A DNA stretch of 60,739 nt, taken from Oxalobacter formigenes. Its GTDB lineage: Bacteria; Pseudomonadota; Gammaproteobacteria; Burkholderiales; Burkholderiaceae_D. The notes under the pieces were generated by a model, which worked only from the letters and a program-made list of their open reading frames with translations, did not search any database and was not told the origin of the DNA. The position numbers and the translations under genes are program-made. The stretch covers positions 10,390 to 71,128 of the forward strand of contig JAHYZB010000048.1 in assembly GCA_019424645.1 (NCBI GenBank), read 5' to 3'. Positions 1 to 9,039 of the stretch are shown here, in pieces; position 1 is the stretch's first letter; every line of letters starts with the position of its first letter.

Positions 1-1414
1 CGCAGATAGCATTTTGTGGAAGTTTCTCAATCAGAGCCATAGCATAGATTTTTCGCAACTCCCCTAGGTCTGAAGGAGTTTGTCGCTCAGCAACTTCAAG
101 TTCCTTTTCGAGCTCTTCAATCTCAGTCCTATATCTGGCTTCACCATGCTTAATGAGCTCGTCTTGGCCGTTTAATATTTCAGCGAGAGTTCCCTCGCCC
201 CGGTGCAATTGTTCAAAGTCCCTTGGATAGACGTTTTTACAGATTAGGATCGCGAGAAGTTTGTTGGCGTCAAGCAGATTCTCTCCATCAATTTCCAAAT
301 TGGCTACATAAATGGCGTATTCGTTAAAGATGTTTTGAATCAACCTCAGATCGTTCAGGTAGCGTGAGACCTCTCTCAGAAACTGTTTATCGAGACGTTC
401 ATCAAGCGCAAGCCTTCTCCCTTGCTCCAATACCATGTCGATCGAATTTGACGTATTGATGATCGGTATCACGGGAACAATAAATTCGAAAAACTTGGTT
501 CGATCGGTGTTTATAAACATGTCATCGCGCAAGGCGTAGAGGAACCTGATGGTCCGTTTCACGCCCGCATTCTCGTTTACGAGGCTATTAATTTCGCGCA
601 GTGTGACAAAAATCTCTGCGTCTTTGAATCGATCTAGATCCTCGATGATTACGAGATCGTAATCGGTTGATTGGAAGAAGTAGAGTATTTCGTCTAGATG
701 GCGATTCAGTATTGATGTCTGATCGTCATGTGCCGGCCTTATTTCAACGTCCTTCAATGAGATGCTCTTGAGTGACAGACCGAAACTTGCAACGTAAAAG
801 TGATGCAGTGTCATCCATAGGAAAACTACTGCGAACGCGCAGATCCCCAGGCTGAATGCATTGCTGAGTTCAAAGGGAGTAAAGAAGGTGCCGCTTATGA
901 TGTCTTCTCGCCGATTAAACACATACCAAAGCGCGAGAATTCCAAGTGTTATATAAAGAGACTTAACGGTCGACCAAACACTAGGCGACTGAATTCTCTT
1001 GAACCGTGACAGTGGGAGTTTGTTTGCGTCAGCGCCATACAACATTTGCTGAAGAATACTTCTCTCAATTTCTTGACGGCTCACCTTCTTGCCCTCCGAA
1101 TCAGCCTCTGAAACGAACGCAGCGAGAGAGATACGAAGCGCAGGCCGCCGATACTTCTTCAAGAAGGTCTGGATGATGCTACTTTTCCCTGAACCATATG
1201 GACCAGTTAGAGCAATATTGGAAACCTTCGTATTGTTCGTCGCAAACAGAATCGCTTCGGAATACACGCCAGCCTTGTCTGCCGTATCAATCGGGGCTAG
1301 GTCCACAAATTTCGCTTGGGCGCTAGCGGAACTGTCTTTGCTTTCCAGCCAAGACAAAATGCTATTGAGGCTGTTGGCGAGTAGGCGAATTAGGGATGTG
1401 ATGGCTTTAATCAT
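1..1414 (-). CDS. YobI-like / KAP-family P-loop NTPase with two TM segments; partial, runs off window start
   Basis: Manually translated and absent from the ORF track: MIKAITSL...NIALTGPYGSGKSS (Walker A), hydrophobic hairpin LYITLGILALWYVF / LGICAFAVVFLWMTL, DLVIIEDLDRF (Walker B), RTKFFEFIVPVIP. Open to position 1. Confidence 0.85.
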   Translation of the reverse strand, partial: MIKAITSLIRLLANSLNSILSWLESKDSSASAQAKFVDLAPIDTADKAGVYSEAILFATNNTKVSNIALTGPYGSGKSSIIQTFLKKYRRPALRISLAAFVSEADSEGKKVSRQEIERSILQQMLYGADANKLPLSRFKRIQSPSVWSTVKSLYITLGILALWYVFNRREDIISGTFFTPFELSNAFSLGICAFAVVFLWMTLHHFYVASFGLSLKSISLKDVEIRPAHDDQTSILNRHLDEILYFFQSTDYDLVIIEDLDRFKDAEIFVTLREINSLVNENAGVKRTIRFLYALRDDMFINTDRTKFFEFIVPVIPIINTSNSIDMVLEQGRRLALDERLDKQFLREVSRYLNDLRLIQNIFNEYAIYVANLEIDGENLLDANKLLAILICKNVYPRDFEQLHRGEGTLAEILNGQDELIKHGEARYRTEIEELEKELEVAERQTPSDLGELRKIYAMALIEKLPQNAIC

Positions 1415-1460
1415 GTAATGTTGGGCAAACTAATCTTTAAGAGTCGGATTATCCTTCTCC

Positions 1461-1773
1461 CTAAATATTCTGACTGCGGTAGCGCCACAACCTTTGTCGG
1501 AACTGGCGTCTAGCATATTGGCTACCCTGATCCAAATGGAACTTCACACCTTGTGTGCGCCTCCGCTGCTCAAAAGCCATTTTCAATGCCTGCACAATGA
1601 GGTCAGATCAGCCGAACGGCTTGCTTCGATGTGACTATATTTCTTATCCAGCACCAGATTTGCGCCTGTTTCTTCAATTCAGATGTAAACGTGCGTCTTT
1701 GCTTTCTCATCAAACACCTCTCTATTGCGAGTATTCTCGTCTAAATGGTGTTTGGTTCTATTAAAGCACTACT
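1461..1773 (-). pseudogene. Internally deleted IS3-family remnant (IRL-like end, orfA N-terminus, orfB core fragment)
   Basis: Minus strand: AGTAGTGCTTTAATAGAACCAAACACC end, GAGGTG RBS, ATG at 1710 giving MRKQRRTFTSELKKQA, frameshift to NLVLDKKYSHIEASRS, then DLIVQALKMAFEQRRRTQGVKFHLDQGSQYARRQFRQRLWRYR, matching the IS3 FHSDQGSQY motif. Confidence 0.85.
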
Positions 1774-1821
1774 GTAACGGGGAAACTGTGCCGAATACCC
1801 CCCCACTTTAAAGTTATTTTT

Positions 1822-1850
1822 AATATAGTTAGACAATGGACGATTGTCAA
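1822..1850 (-). promoter_or_regulatory. Near-consensus sigma70 promoter with overlapping inverted repeat
   Basis: TTGACA-17 bp-TATATT on the minus strand; GACAAT-N5-ATTGTC overlaps the -35 box and spacer. Confidence 0.65.
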
Positions 1851-2294
1851 ACGCTTACATCCGAATAAGGCAGCAAATATCTGCACACGAGAGCAAACAC
1901 TGACCACTAGATGTTCGCTCTACCCAGGACAGACAGAGCATTTAGTAAGTCCAACCATCAAGATGCAACCGCCACCTGCTCATACATGAGGTACCAATGA
2001 GCCAGAAGCCTTTCAGCCAGTCAATAGAGGCCGGTCACGCTAGTAGCGGCGTTGAAGCTTACCTACCAGAGCTGAAGGTTTTTTGTTGGAAAGCCCAATA
2101 CCTTCTCAATTCTTGTCACATTCCCACCGAACATACATAGCAAGCTCTTGTACGATACTGCTCCAAAAACTCGAAATTTCGGGTTAATTTCGAGAGTACT
2201 TTTTGCCCCATCAGTTCATTCCCATGTATGGCAATATATAAAAGAAGTTCAGATTTTGAATATCGTCCAATCTCAAGAATATTTTCGCCAAGTC

Positions 2295-2327
2295 CCTGAA
2301 AACCCTTTATTCATGAGGGTTTTCAGG
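2295..2327. repeat. Perfect 12-bp inverted repeat (ori-like hairpin or terminator)
   Basis: CCTGAAAACCCT-N9-AGGGTTTTCAGG downstream of the HTH/Rep-like gene. Confidence 0.7.
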
Positions 2328-2438
2328 CTTTTCAAATAATATTTCAAAGTTTGTTTTTTGAATCAGACCGTATATGCAGAGTTTGCTTTACGAATTGGAA
2401 TTAAGGGACTGCCATTCATAATTCAAATTGGTATGGTT

Positions 2439-2930
2439 CTAGATCTGAACAGGCAATTTTTTATTGGATTGCTGTTTCTTCTTTCCCAGTTCTTTCAGTT
2501 CGGCACATCGTGTTTTCAAGCGGAATTTTGCTTCCGACACACTTTTGAACTGTGAATAATCCCGTGTTTCACGAAGAGGCTGGATGCCCAGTTTTGGTTG
2601 TTCAAACACTACTAAATCCGTAAAACGATAAAGGGAAGGCATTCGACGTCCCTGCTTTAATCCTCCCTCGACGGTCACGTCAATGAATCCCAGTGCTCGC
2701 AATTCATACAGGGATTTTGAGAGCGTGGCCGAAGAGTTCCATCCGTAATGCTTGAGGTCAGACAGCGTAGCGCTTATGTTCCCATTGTTGGTTCTCGTGA
2801 TTTTTGAGCGAAGATCGAAAAATAGTGCTTTTGCAGAAAAACCAAGTACCCGATACGCAGGGCTATTCAACAAATCAACATATACTCGGATATGGCGCCC
2901 ATGCGGATCCACAAATTTATTTTTACTCAT
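2439..2930 (-). CDS. Winged-HTH protein, putative element replication protein
   Basis: LLNSPAYRVLGFSAKALFFDL...NNGNISAT...TLSKSLYELRALGFI pattern; lies directly after AlpA. Confidence 0.65.
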   Translation of the reverse strand: MSKNKFVDPHGRHIRVYVDLLNSPAYRVLGFSAKALFFDLRSKITRTNNGNISATLSDLKHYGWNSSATLSKSLYELRALGFIDVTVEGGLKQGRRMPSLYRFTDLVVFEQPKLGIQPLRETRDYSQFKSVSEAKFRLKTRCAELKELGKKKQQSNKKLPVQI

Positions 2931-2940
2931 GAAGATGGCC

Positions 2941-3195
2941 TCACAGTTTCTTCTTGTGAGACTTTGGCATTGAATTGCCTGAGTTCATTCCGCCATTATC
3001 TGGCGAAGCACTTATACTGACGACGCGTATCCGGCCTTCTATAAAATGGGTGATATCGCTTTCAAGCCATCCAACAGCCCGTGTTCCAAGCCGTATTGGA
3101 GGATTCAATTCTCCGGCCTTGATGAGGTTGTATATTGTGGATTTGCTCAGTCCGGTTCTTTTTTGTACGTGGGGAAGCCTTAAAATTGTTTCCAT
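2941..3195 (-). CDS. alpA: AlpA-family regulator/excisionase
   Basis: ILRLPHVQKRTGLSKSTIYNLIKAGELNPPIRLGTRAVGWLESDI is a canonical AlpA sequence. Confidence 0.93.
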   Translation of the reverse strand: METILRLPHVQKRTGLSKSTIYNLIKAGELNPPIRLGTRAVGWLESDITHFIEGRIRVVSISASPDNGGMNSGNSMPKSHKKKL

Positions 3196-3323
3196 ACTTG
3201 TCGATTCCTATAAAGATGAATACCGATCATTTCGGTACGACAAACTTTAAGGAGATCAAACAATTCTCGAAAGCAGCACAACCAGGTACGTTGTGCAACC
3301 TGCCAGTTAAAAGTACATCGTGC

Positions 3324-3896
3324 TTAGCTCGAGTTTTTTTTCATTCTGATGTATTCCCTGATCCATGCAAGTGGCTTGGACGTAGTGGGAGCCAAGTCTC
3401 CATTTCCGTTACGTGACATTTCAACGATTTGCGGAGTAATGGCGAGAGCGGCAGCTGCCGCACTTTTCCAGTTCTGGCTTTCATACAATCGAATGGTTTC
3501 TTCTCTTAGCCGATCATATTTTGCCGCCCGTCCCAAGCCTCCTTTTCTGGCAATCTCTTTTGGCTTTTGGAGGAGAAGATTCACTTGTTGTAGCAGTTGT
3601 TTCAATACTTGGTCTGTTACATCATCTTCTAAATTATTTGCTTCGATTATCGAATTAGCCAGATTATCACTCTTTTGGAGTTGGCAAATTAGCTCTAAAG
3701 CATTTTGAAAATTCACCCACGACTTTGCAAGTAACAACTCCAATGCGGGAGCGGAAAGTTTACGCTGGCGAATTGCCATGAATCTTTTCTTTACTTTTTC
3801 GAAATTTTCTGTGGGAAGTTCTGCAAAAAACTGGGGAACGAAATGTTCGACAAACTCTTGATCGAACACATTATATGGACGTCCAGGCTTATTCAT
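3324..3896 (-). CDS. Hypothetical protein with a possible C-terminal DNA-binding helix region
   Basis: 190-aa ORF co-oriented with alpA; basic ARKGGLGRAAKY motif followed by a helical segment. Confidence 0.7.
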   Translation of the reverse strand: MNKPGRPYNVFDQEFVEHFVPQFFAELPTENFEKVKKRFMAIRQRKLSAPALELLLAKSWVNFQNALELICQLQKSDNLANSIIEANNLEDDVTDQVLKQLLQQVNLLLQKPKEIARKGGLGRAAKYDRLREETIRLYESQNWKSAAAAALAITPQIVEMSRNGNGDLAPTTSKPLAWIREYIRMKKNSS

Positions 3897-4092
3897 TTTT
3901 TACTGTCTGGTTAAGATTAGTTTGTTTTATATAATACGTTATTAACCTTAATTGTATTGTTATAGAATAAGGCCATCTCAAAAATAGAAGAAATCGTCTC
4001 ATTATGGCGTGGGACAAGTACGGCCTATGCCCTTTAAAGCAGGTCTTTTCAATAATAGATAAAGAAAGTTCGCCAACACAGGACTGAGCATT

Positions 4093-4353
4093 ATGAGCCG
4101 CAGTTTCCGAAAACATCCATTTATCGGCAATACAACCGCTGAAAGTGAAAAACAGGACAAACGCATTGCAGCCGGAAAGATTCGGGTGTTGTCCCGTGCG
4201 CGTTTGGCAAAAGCTGACGATACCCCTGTTGATTATCGAGAATCAGGACATGGCAGCTGGGAGTTTTCCAAAGACGGGAAAAAATACTTTGATATGACCA
4301 AGATTTCCCATGTGCATGGTGTGCGCTATGCCCGCAAACTGATGGGAAAATAA
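4093..4353 (+). CDS. Small basic hypothetical protein (MSRS...SEKQDKR...WEFSKDGKKY)
   Basis: 86-aa Lys/Arg-rich ORF with GGA upstream; fills the gap between two minus-strand genes. Confidence 0.75.
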   Translation: MSRSFRKHPFIGNTTAESEKQDKRIAAGKIRVLSRARLAKADDTPVDYRESGHGSWEFSKDGKKYFDMTKISHVHGVRYARKLMGK

Positions 4354-4374
4354 CAGGCTGAGATTTTGTCTATC

Positions 4375-5100
4375 TCAGTGTTTAATCACGCTGATCGGAA
4401 TATATGCCTGGGGAAAAAGCCTTTTCTGTAAACGACGCTGTTCCTGTTCGATAAGGGCATATTCTGCACGGGTAAAAGGTTTTTGCTTTTGAAGCTTGTT
4501 CGGGGGAGGCATGAACTGGTCATCGATGATTTCGACACCATCAAACAAAAAGCATTGTTTTTTCACCCAACAGCGTGCCCTTCGCATTTTCTGCAATATC
4601 CACTTCCAAGATAATGAAAGATGTTCTGAAATAGCTTTTCGGTCTGTGTGGAAATTTTCCAGAAGATTGACATATGCCATGGCTTCCGAATAGCTGGATT
4701 GAAGATGTTTTTCCTTTTCCTGCATTTCCTCGAGCTTGCACAGTTTCAGGAACGGATCATCTTCGTGGGAGGCGGTCAGGCCATCCAGCCAATAGTTTTT
4801 CTTGCCGTCGTCTGCATCGTCGTCCTTGTCATCAAGTCGAACAGCATAACGCACCAGCTTATTGGTGAATTTACAAAAACGATTGAATAGACGGCCGAGA
4901 ATATTATCTTGAAATTGGGGACTGGAGAGATTGTCAGTTATTCCTTTTTCCTGCAGTTCAAACACCAATACCCATGCTTCGTTTTTCAGATCGTCAACCG
5001 TGTACTCTCCTTTTGTCTCACGGGAAATGCGGCGTAAGCTGGGCAGGACAGCGGTATAAAAATTCTCAAATTCATCAATGGAAAAATGGGCGTCAGTCAT
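4375..5100 (-). CDS. Hypothetical protein with divergent sigma-70/ECF-like features
   Basis: 241 aa. Region-2-like DDLKNEAW and region-4-like RKAISEHLSLSWKWILQKMRRAR. Starts 27 bp after the integrase stop. Confidence 0.6.
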   Translation of the reverse strand: MTDAHFSIDEFENFYTAVLPSLRRISRETKGEYTVDDLKNEAWVLVFELQEKGITDNLSSPQFQDNILGRLFNRFCKFTNKLVRYAVRLDDKDDDADDGKKNYWLDGLTASHEDDPFLKLCKLEEMQEKEKHLQSSYSEAMAYVNLLENFHTDRKAISEHLSLSWKWILQKMRRARCWVKKQCFLFDGVEIIDDQFMPPPNKLQKQKPFTRAEYALIEQEQRRLQKRLFPQAYIPISVIKH

Positions 5101-5127
5101 AGAGTGGTGTCAGGCACGATCAAATGA

Positions 5128-6399
5128 TCATGCGGCGCTTCCTCTCATCGGGATTACTTTTGCCATTGTTTTCAGATGGTCGAGATAATCCGCCCATTTC
5201 TGCATCATCTTCAAACGGTCATTCAAATGTTTGGCATCGTTATAGGCCGCTTCGATGGCATCCCCTTTCTTGTGGCCTAACTGGACTTCCACCAGTCGCG
5301 GTGAAAAGCCCAACTCATTCAGGCCGGTACTGACAACGCCACGCAAGCCGTGACCGGTCATGGCAAAGCCCATGCGCTCGATGGCCTGCCCTACTGCCGC
5401 CTCGCTCATTTTCAGTTGACCGGCAAAAACGCTCGGAAAGACCAGTCTGGCAGGATTGCCTTCGGTCAGCGGCCTGATTTCATGAAGCAGCTTTACCGCC
5501 TGAACCGGTAACGGGATCATATGAACGTACCTGTCCGACTTTTCAGGCTTGCGATTCCAGATACCCTTGTCCAGATCAAAATCACTCCATTGCGCATGGC
5601 GGACACTGGTCTGGCGCATCCCGGTATAAAGCAGCATCCAGATGGCCGCTCTTGTCAGGACATGACCGCCATAGTTCTGCAACGCCTGAATGAATTGGGG
5701 CAGTTCGTCAAAACCGATCCGGGCCATGTGTTCCGTTTCGTGTTTCGGTAAAAACTTGATGATGGAACGGCAGGGATTGTTCAAATTGAAACCGCTGTTC
5801 TCGACATTTGCCAGATCGTAAACCTCGGCTGACCACTGACAGAGTTTCTTTGCCATGTAGGTCATAGGCTTACCCCGGCTGTTCATCTTGCCCGCTATCG
5901 ACTTGAACAGGTCAAACAGTTCCTTTCCCTCGATATCAACCATGTTTTTCTGGCCTATTGAAGGGAAAAGATGCAATTCAAACTGGCGTAACATCGTATT
6001 GCGGTAATCCTCCGTCGTCCTGCCCTGCTTGCTGGCATACAGGCGTCTGGCGACCTTTTCGAAAGTGTTTTCATTCTGAACCCTGACGGCTTCCACCTGA
6101 GCCTGTTTGGCGGCCTGTTGCTCCTTGCGCTTTTCTGCCGGGTCGATGCCTTCCGCCTTCAGCTTGCGTACTTCCTCGCGCTTCCTGCGTGCCTGTTCCA
6201 GCGAGACTTCCGGATAACTGCCGAACGCAAGACGGCTTTCCTTGCCACTGGCCTGACGGAATTTCATGCGCCACAGTTTGGAACCGGTTGGAAAGACTTC
6301 CAGATACAGGCCGCCGCCATCAAACAGTTTGTATGCTTTGTCCTGCGGTTTGGCGTTTTTTATCTGGACAGGCGAAAGCGGTTTGATGATCTTTGCCAT
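5128..6399 (-). CDS. P4-like tyrosine integrase with arm-DNA-binding domain
   Basis: YKLFDGGGLYLEV...GSKLWR arm domain; catalytic TGMR, HGLR, QLGH, AAY all present. Start set at MAKIIKPL (6399). Confidence 0.95.
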   Translation of the reverse strand: MAKIIKPLSPVQIKNAKPQDKAYKLFDGGGLYLEVFPTGSKLWRMKFRQASGKESRLAFGSYPEVSLEQARRKREEVRKLKAEGIDPAEKRKEQQAAKQAQVEAVRVQNENTFEKVARRLYASKQGRTTEDYRNTMLRQFELHLFPSIGQKNMVDIEGKELFDLFKSIAGKMNSRGKPMTYMAKKLCQWSAEVYDLANVENSGFNLNNPCRSIIKFLPKHETEHMARIGFDELPQFIQALQNYGGHVLTRAAIWMLLYTGMRQTSVRHAQWSDFDLDKGIWNRKPEKSDRYVHMIPLPVQAVKLLHEIRPLTEGNPARLVFPSVFAGQLKMSEAAVGQAIERMGFAMTGHGLRGVVSTGLNELGFSPRLVEVQLGHKKGDAIEAAYNDAKHLNDRLKMMQKWADYLDHLKTMAKVIPMRGSAA

Positions 6400-6401
6400 G
6401 A

Positions 6402-6486
6402 TGGGGGCATCCTTGAAAGAATTTTTGGGGGCATCTTCAAAACAAAATGGGGGCAGCCTCAAAATATGCCCCCAATCGTGCCCCCA
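6402..6486. repeat. Five TGGGGGCA repeats, likely integrase arm-binding sites
   Basis: Direct copies at 6402, 6426 and 6448; inverted copies at 6467 and 6479. Confidence 0.75.
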
Positions 6487-6537
6487 AATACCGTGGATGT
6501 CAACGGACGGAATCGGACTTTCCCGGACGACAGATAC

Positions 6538-6573
6538 AAAAAACCCGCATAACTCATTGAATTTATGCGGGTT
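6538..6573 (-). terminator. Hairpin downstream of the tRNA (terminator-like, in the att region)
   Basis: AACCCGCATAA-N10-TTATGCGGGTT followed by a T-run on the minus strand. Confidence 0.65.
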
Positions 6574-6607
6574 AATGTACTTCTTGGGACGGCTTGAAAT
6601 AATCTTT

Positions 6608-6683
<76 letters not shown>

Positions 6684-7333
6684 GAAGCGTGCATTGTAGC
6701 AAAAAAAATGCACATCTTGTCGCTATTCATTATATAAGAATGAGGTTATTCAAACCAGCAACACAATTATTCGTGTGTACCTCTGTGCTTCCCCTTAATT
6801 TGGGCGATATCTCTGTGAAAATCCTTCTGATTCAACCGCCGCCTTTTACTCTGCCACGCATCGATCATTACAAATGATTTACGTATGCTCTCATTATCTG
6901 TTTCTGCTTTGGATATATCTTTTGATGAGATATCGATTGTCATGAAAGAACCAATTAGGCATTGGCATTCTGATGAAGATGATTTGCTGGCACCGCCTAA
7001 CTATGACAAGGAATAATAGAAGTAAGACAATAATCGTAAAAAATGAGAGCGCTGTTGTTTTGTCTCTGGACGGAAAAAGGAATGATCGAAAAAATCAAAA
7101 ACGTCGTTGAAAGAACTTCGGCCAGTTTTATGCGCATGATTTGTTTTGCGCCCTTGTTTCGAACGGAACAGGCGCTTTTTAAATCATGCAGGGATTCAAT
7201 GACTTTTTTAAAAAAATCTCTTTATTCAATAGCTTGCAATAAATTTTGACGCCTAAAATTAGCACATAAATCACTACGTAAAATTTTCGGTAAACTGTCT
7301 GTACAATTCGCCATGTCTTTTTAAGGAATCATA

Positions 7334-8068
7334 ATGAAATATTTCCTCGCAACTTTTCTGAGACGTTTTTCACTCGCTGCCCTGTTGCTGGCGGGATGTC
7401 TTGCCCATGCGGCGGCGACTTCACCAGAAGCCCGTATCCAGCAACGCCTGCAAAACTATCTTGGTGTCGACGTTCCCAGGAGCGCCATTGTCAAAACACC
7501 TTATATGGGTTTGTATGAAGTCAGCATCGGAAACAATCTCGTTTATACGGACAAACAGGCTCAATATCTGTTTCTCGGCGAAATCATGAATCTGGAAACG
7601 AGAGAGAATTACACTGAGGAAAAACTTAAAAAGATGGTTACCCGGTTTGCCGATCTGCCAAAAGATCTGGCCATCAAGATCGTGAAGGGAAACGGGAAAC
7701 GGGAAATCGCCGTTTTTTCCGATCCGAATTGCGGTTATTGCAAACGGTTTGAAGGCAACCTGAAAGAAATCGACAATGTGACGGTTTATCTTTATCCGTA
7801 CAATATTCTGTCGGCCAATTCGGTTGAGATTTCGAAAAATGCCTGGTGTTCGGCCAACCCTGCAAAAGCATGGGAAGACTGGATGCTGAATGGGAATGCA
7901 CCGGAAAAGGCAAAAGCCGATTGCAACTTCCCTAATGAAAAAATTCGCGAGCTGGGACAAAAACTCAAAGTCAGTGGAACACCGACTATTTTCTTTACTG
8001 ACAATACTCGCGTAGCAGGCGCTATCGATGCTGAATCACTTGAGAAAAAATTGAAATCGCTGAAATAA
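7334..8068 (+). CDS. dsbC: Disulfide isomerase DsbC
   Basis: Signal peptide, dimerisation domain, DPNCGYC, GTPT. Confidence 0.92.
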   Translation: MKYFLATFLRRFSLAALLLAGCLAHAAATSPEARIQQRLQNYLGVDVPRSAIVKTPYMGLYEVSIGNNLVYTDKQAQYLFLGEIMNLETRENYTEEKLKKMVTRFADLPKDLAIKIVKGNGKREIAVFSDPNCGYCKRFEGNLKEIDNVTVYLYPYNILSANSVEISKNAWCSANPAKAWEDWMLNGNAPEKAKADCNFPNEKIRELGQKLKVSGTPTIFFTDNTRVAGAIDAESLEKKLKSLK

Positions 8069-8084
8069 CCGGTTCCGGATAATA

Positions 8085-8122
8085 AATAAATCCTGTCCAT
8101 TTCGCTAATGGACAGGATTTAT
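8085..8122. terminator. Bidirectional terminator between dsbC and the EamA gene
   Basis: ATAAATCCTGTCCAT...ATGGACAGGATTTAT hairpin between convergent genes. Confidence 0.75.
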
Positions 8123-9039
8123 TTTTGTATGATTTTATGGGCAAGCGCCTTGATGGAAGCTAGAGATATATTGAGAGATTTGCCCACAATAATGACGATC
8201 ACGGCCAGTATGATCATGAATATGCCGACAGCCATATTGACGGTCAGCGGTTCGTGAAACACGACGATACCCACAAAAACAGCCGTTAACGGTTCGAGCG
8301 CTCCGAGAATGGCCGTAACGGTCGAGCCGACGTTGTGAACTGCCCACACCATTGCAACGCAGGATACAACGGTTGGAACCAGCGCCAGCATGATGATGTC
8401 GAACCATGAAGCGACACCGGAGATCATTTCCAGATTCGCCCCGAATCCCAGTTTGATGAAGAAAATGCCGCTTCCGACGAGCAGTGCATAAAAGGTCAGT
8501 TTGTCCCCGTCCATTGTATTGACGCGTGTTTTATTGACGCCGACGATATAAAGCGCATAAGCCAGTGCCGACAGAAAAACGATGAATATGCCAAACATGC
8601 TCAATGACATTCCCTTGTCCCCTTTGTAGAGCAGGCCAATACCCACGAATGCCAGCATGATGGATGTGATTGTCGCCCAGGTAATTTTCTCCTTGAAAAA
8701 AATCGCCATGATGAGTGTCACCAGTATTGGATAAAAAAACAGGATGGTCGAGGCAATCCCCGATTCCATGTAGAGGTAACTCATGAAAAGAAACAGCGAC
8801 GACAACGCGAAAAGACTTCCAAGACCCATAAGTGGCAGGATATCGGCACGTTCGAGCCTGTATGATTTGCCCGTCAGCTTCAGGACTGCTCCCAGAAACA
8901 GGGTCGCAAAAAAATAGCGATAGAACAGGATGCTATCGTAATGCATTCCACGGGACATCAGGGGCAATGTAAACAGGGGAACCAGCCCGTAAGTCGCGGA
9001 AGAAATACAGCCATAAAGATAGCCTTTGATTTTATTCAT
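8119..9039 (-). CDS. EamA/DMT-family transporter
   Basis: About 10 hydrophobic segments; FFYPILV and LEPLTAV motifs. Confidence 0.9.
   Translation of the reverse strand: MNKIKGYLYGCISSATYGLVPLFTLPLMSRGMHYDSILFYRYFFATLFLGAVLKLTGKSYRLERADILPLMGLGSLFALSSLFLFMSYLYMESGIASTILFFYPILVTLIMAIFFKEKITWATITSIMLAFVGIGLLYKGDKGMSLSMFGIFIVFLSALAYALYIVGVNKTRVNTMDGDKLTFYALLVGSGIFFIKLGFGANLEMISGVASWFDIIMLALVPTVVSCVAMVWAVHNVGSTVTAILGALEPLTAVFVGIVVFHEPLTVNMAVGIFMIILAVIVIIVGKSLNISLASIKALAHKIIQK

Noticed and set aside
1089..2555. Short plus-strand ORFs at 1089, 1555, 2148 and 2358
   Set aside because: Antisense to the NTPase, the IS3 relic or the ori-like tract; no RBS or recognisable motif.
6402..6486. Repeats as a mini-CRISPR array
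   Set aside because: 8-bp units in mixed orientation with short spacers and no cas genes; they fit integrase arm sites.
6942..7016. 24-aa sORF MKEPIRHWHSDEDDLLAPPNYDKE in the 650-bp tRNA-dsbC spacer
   Set aside because: Weak RBS and no supporting motif; cannot be distinguished from chance without Ribo-seq or conservation data.
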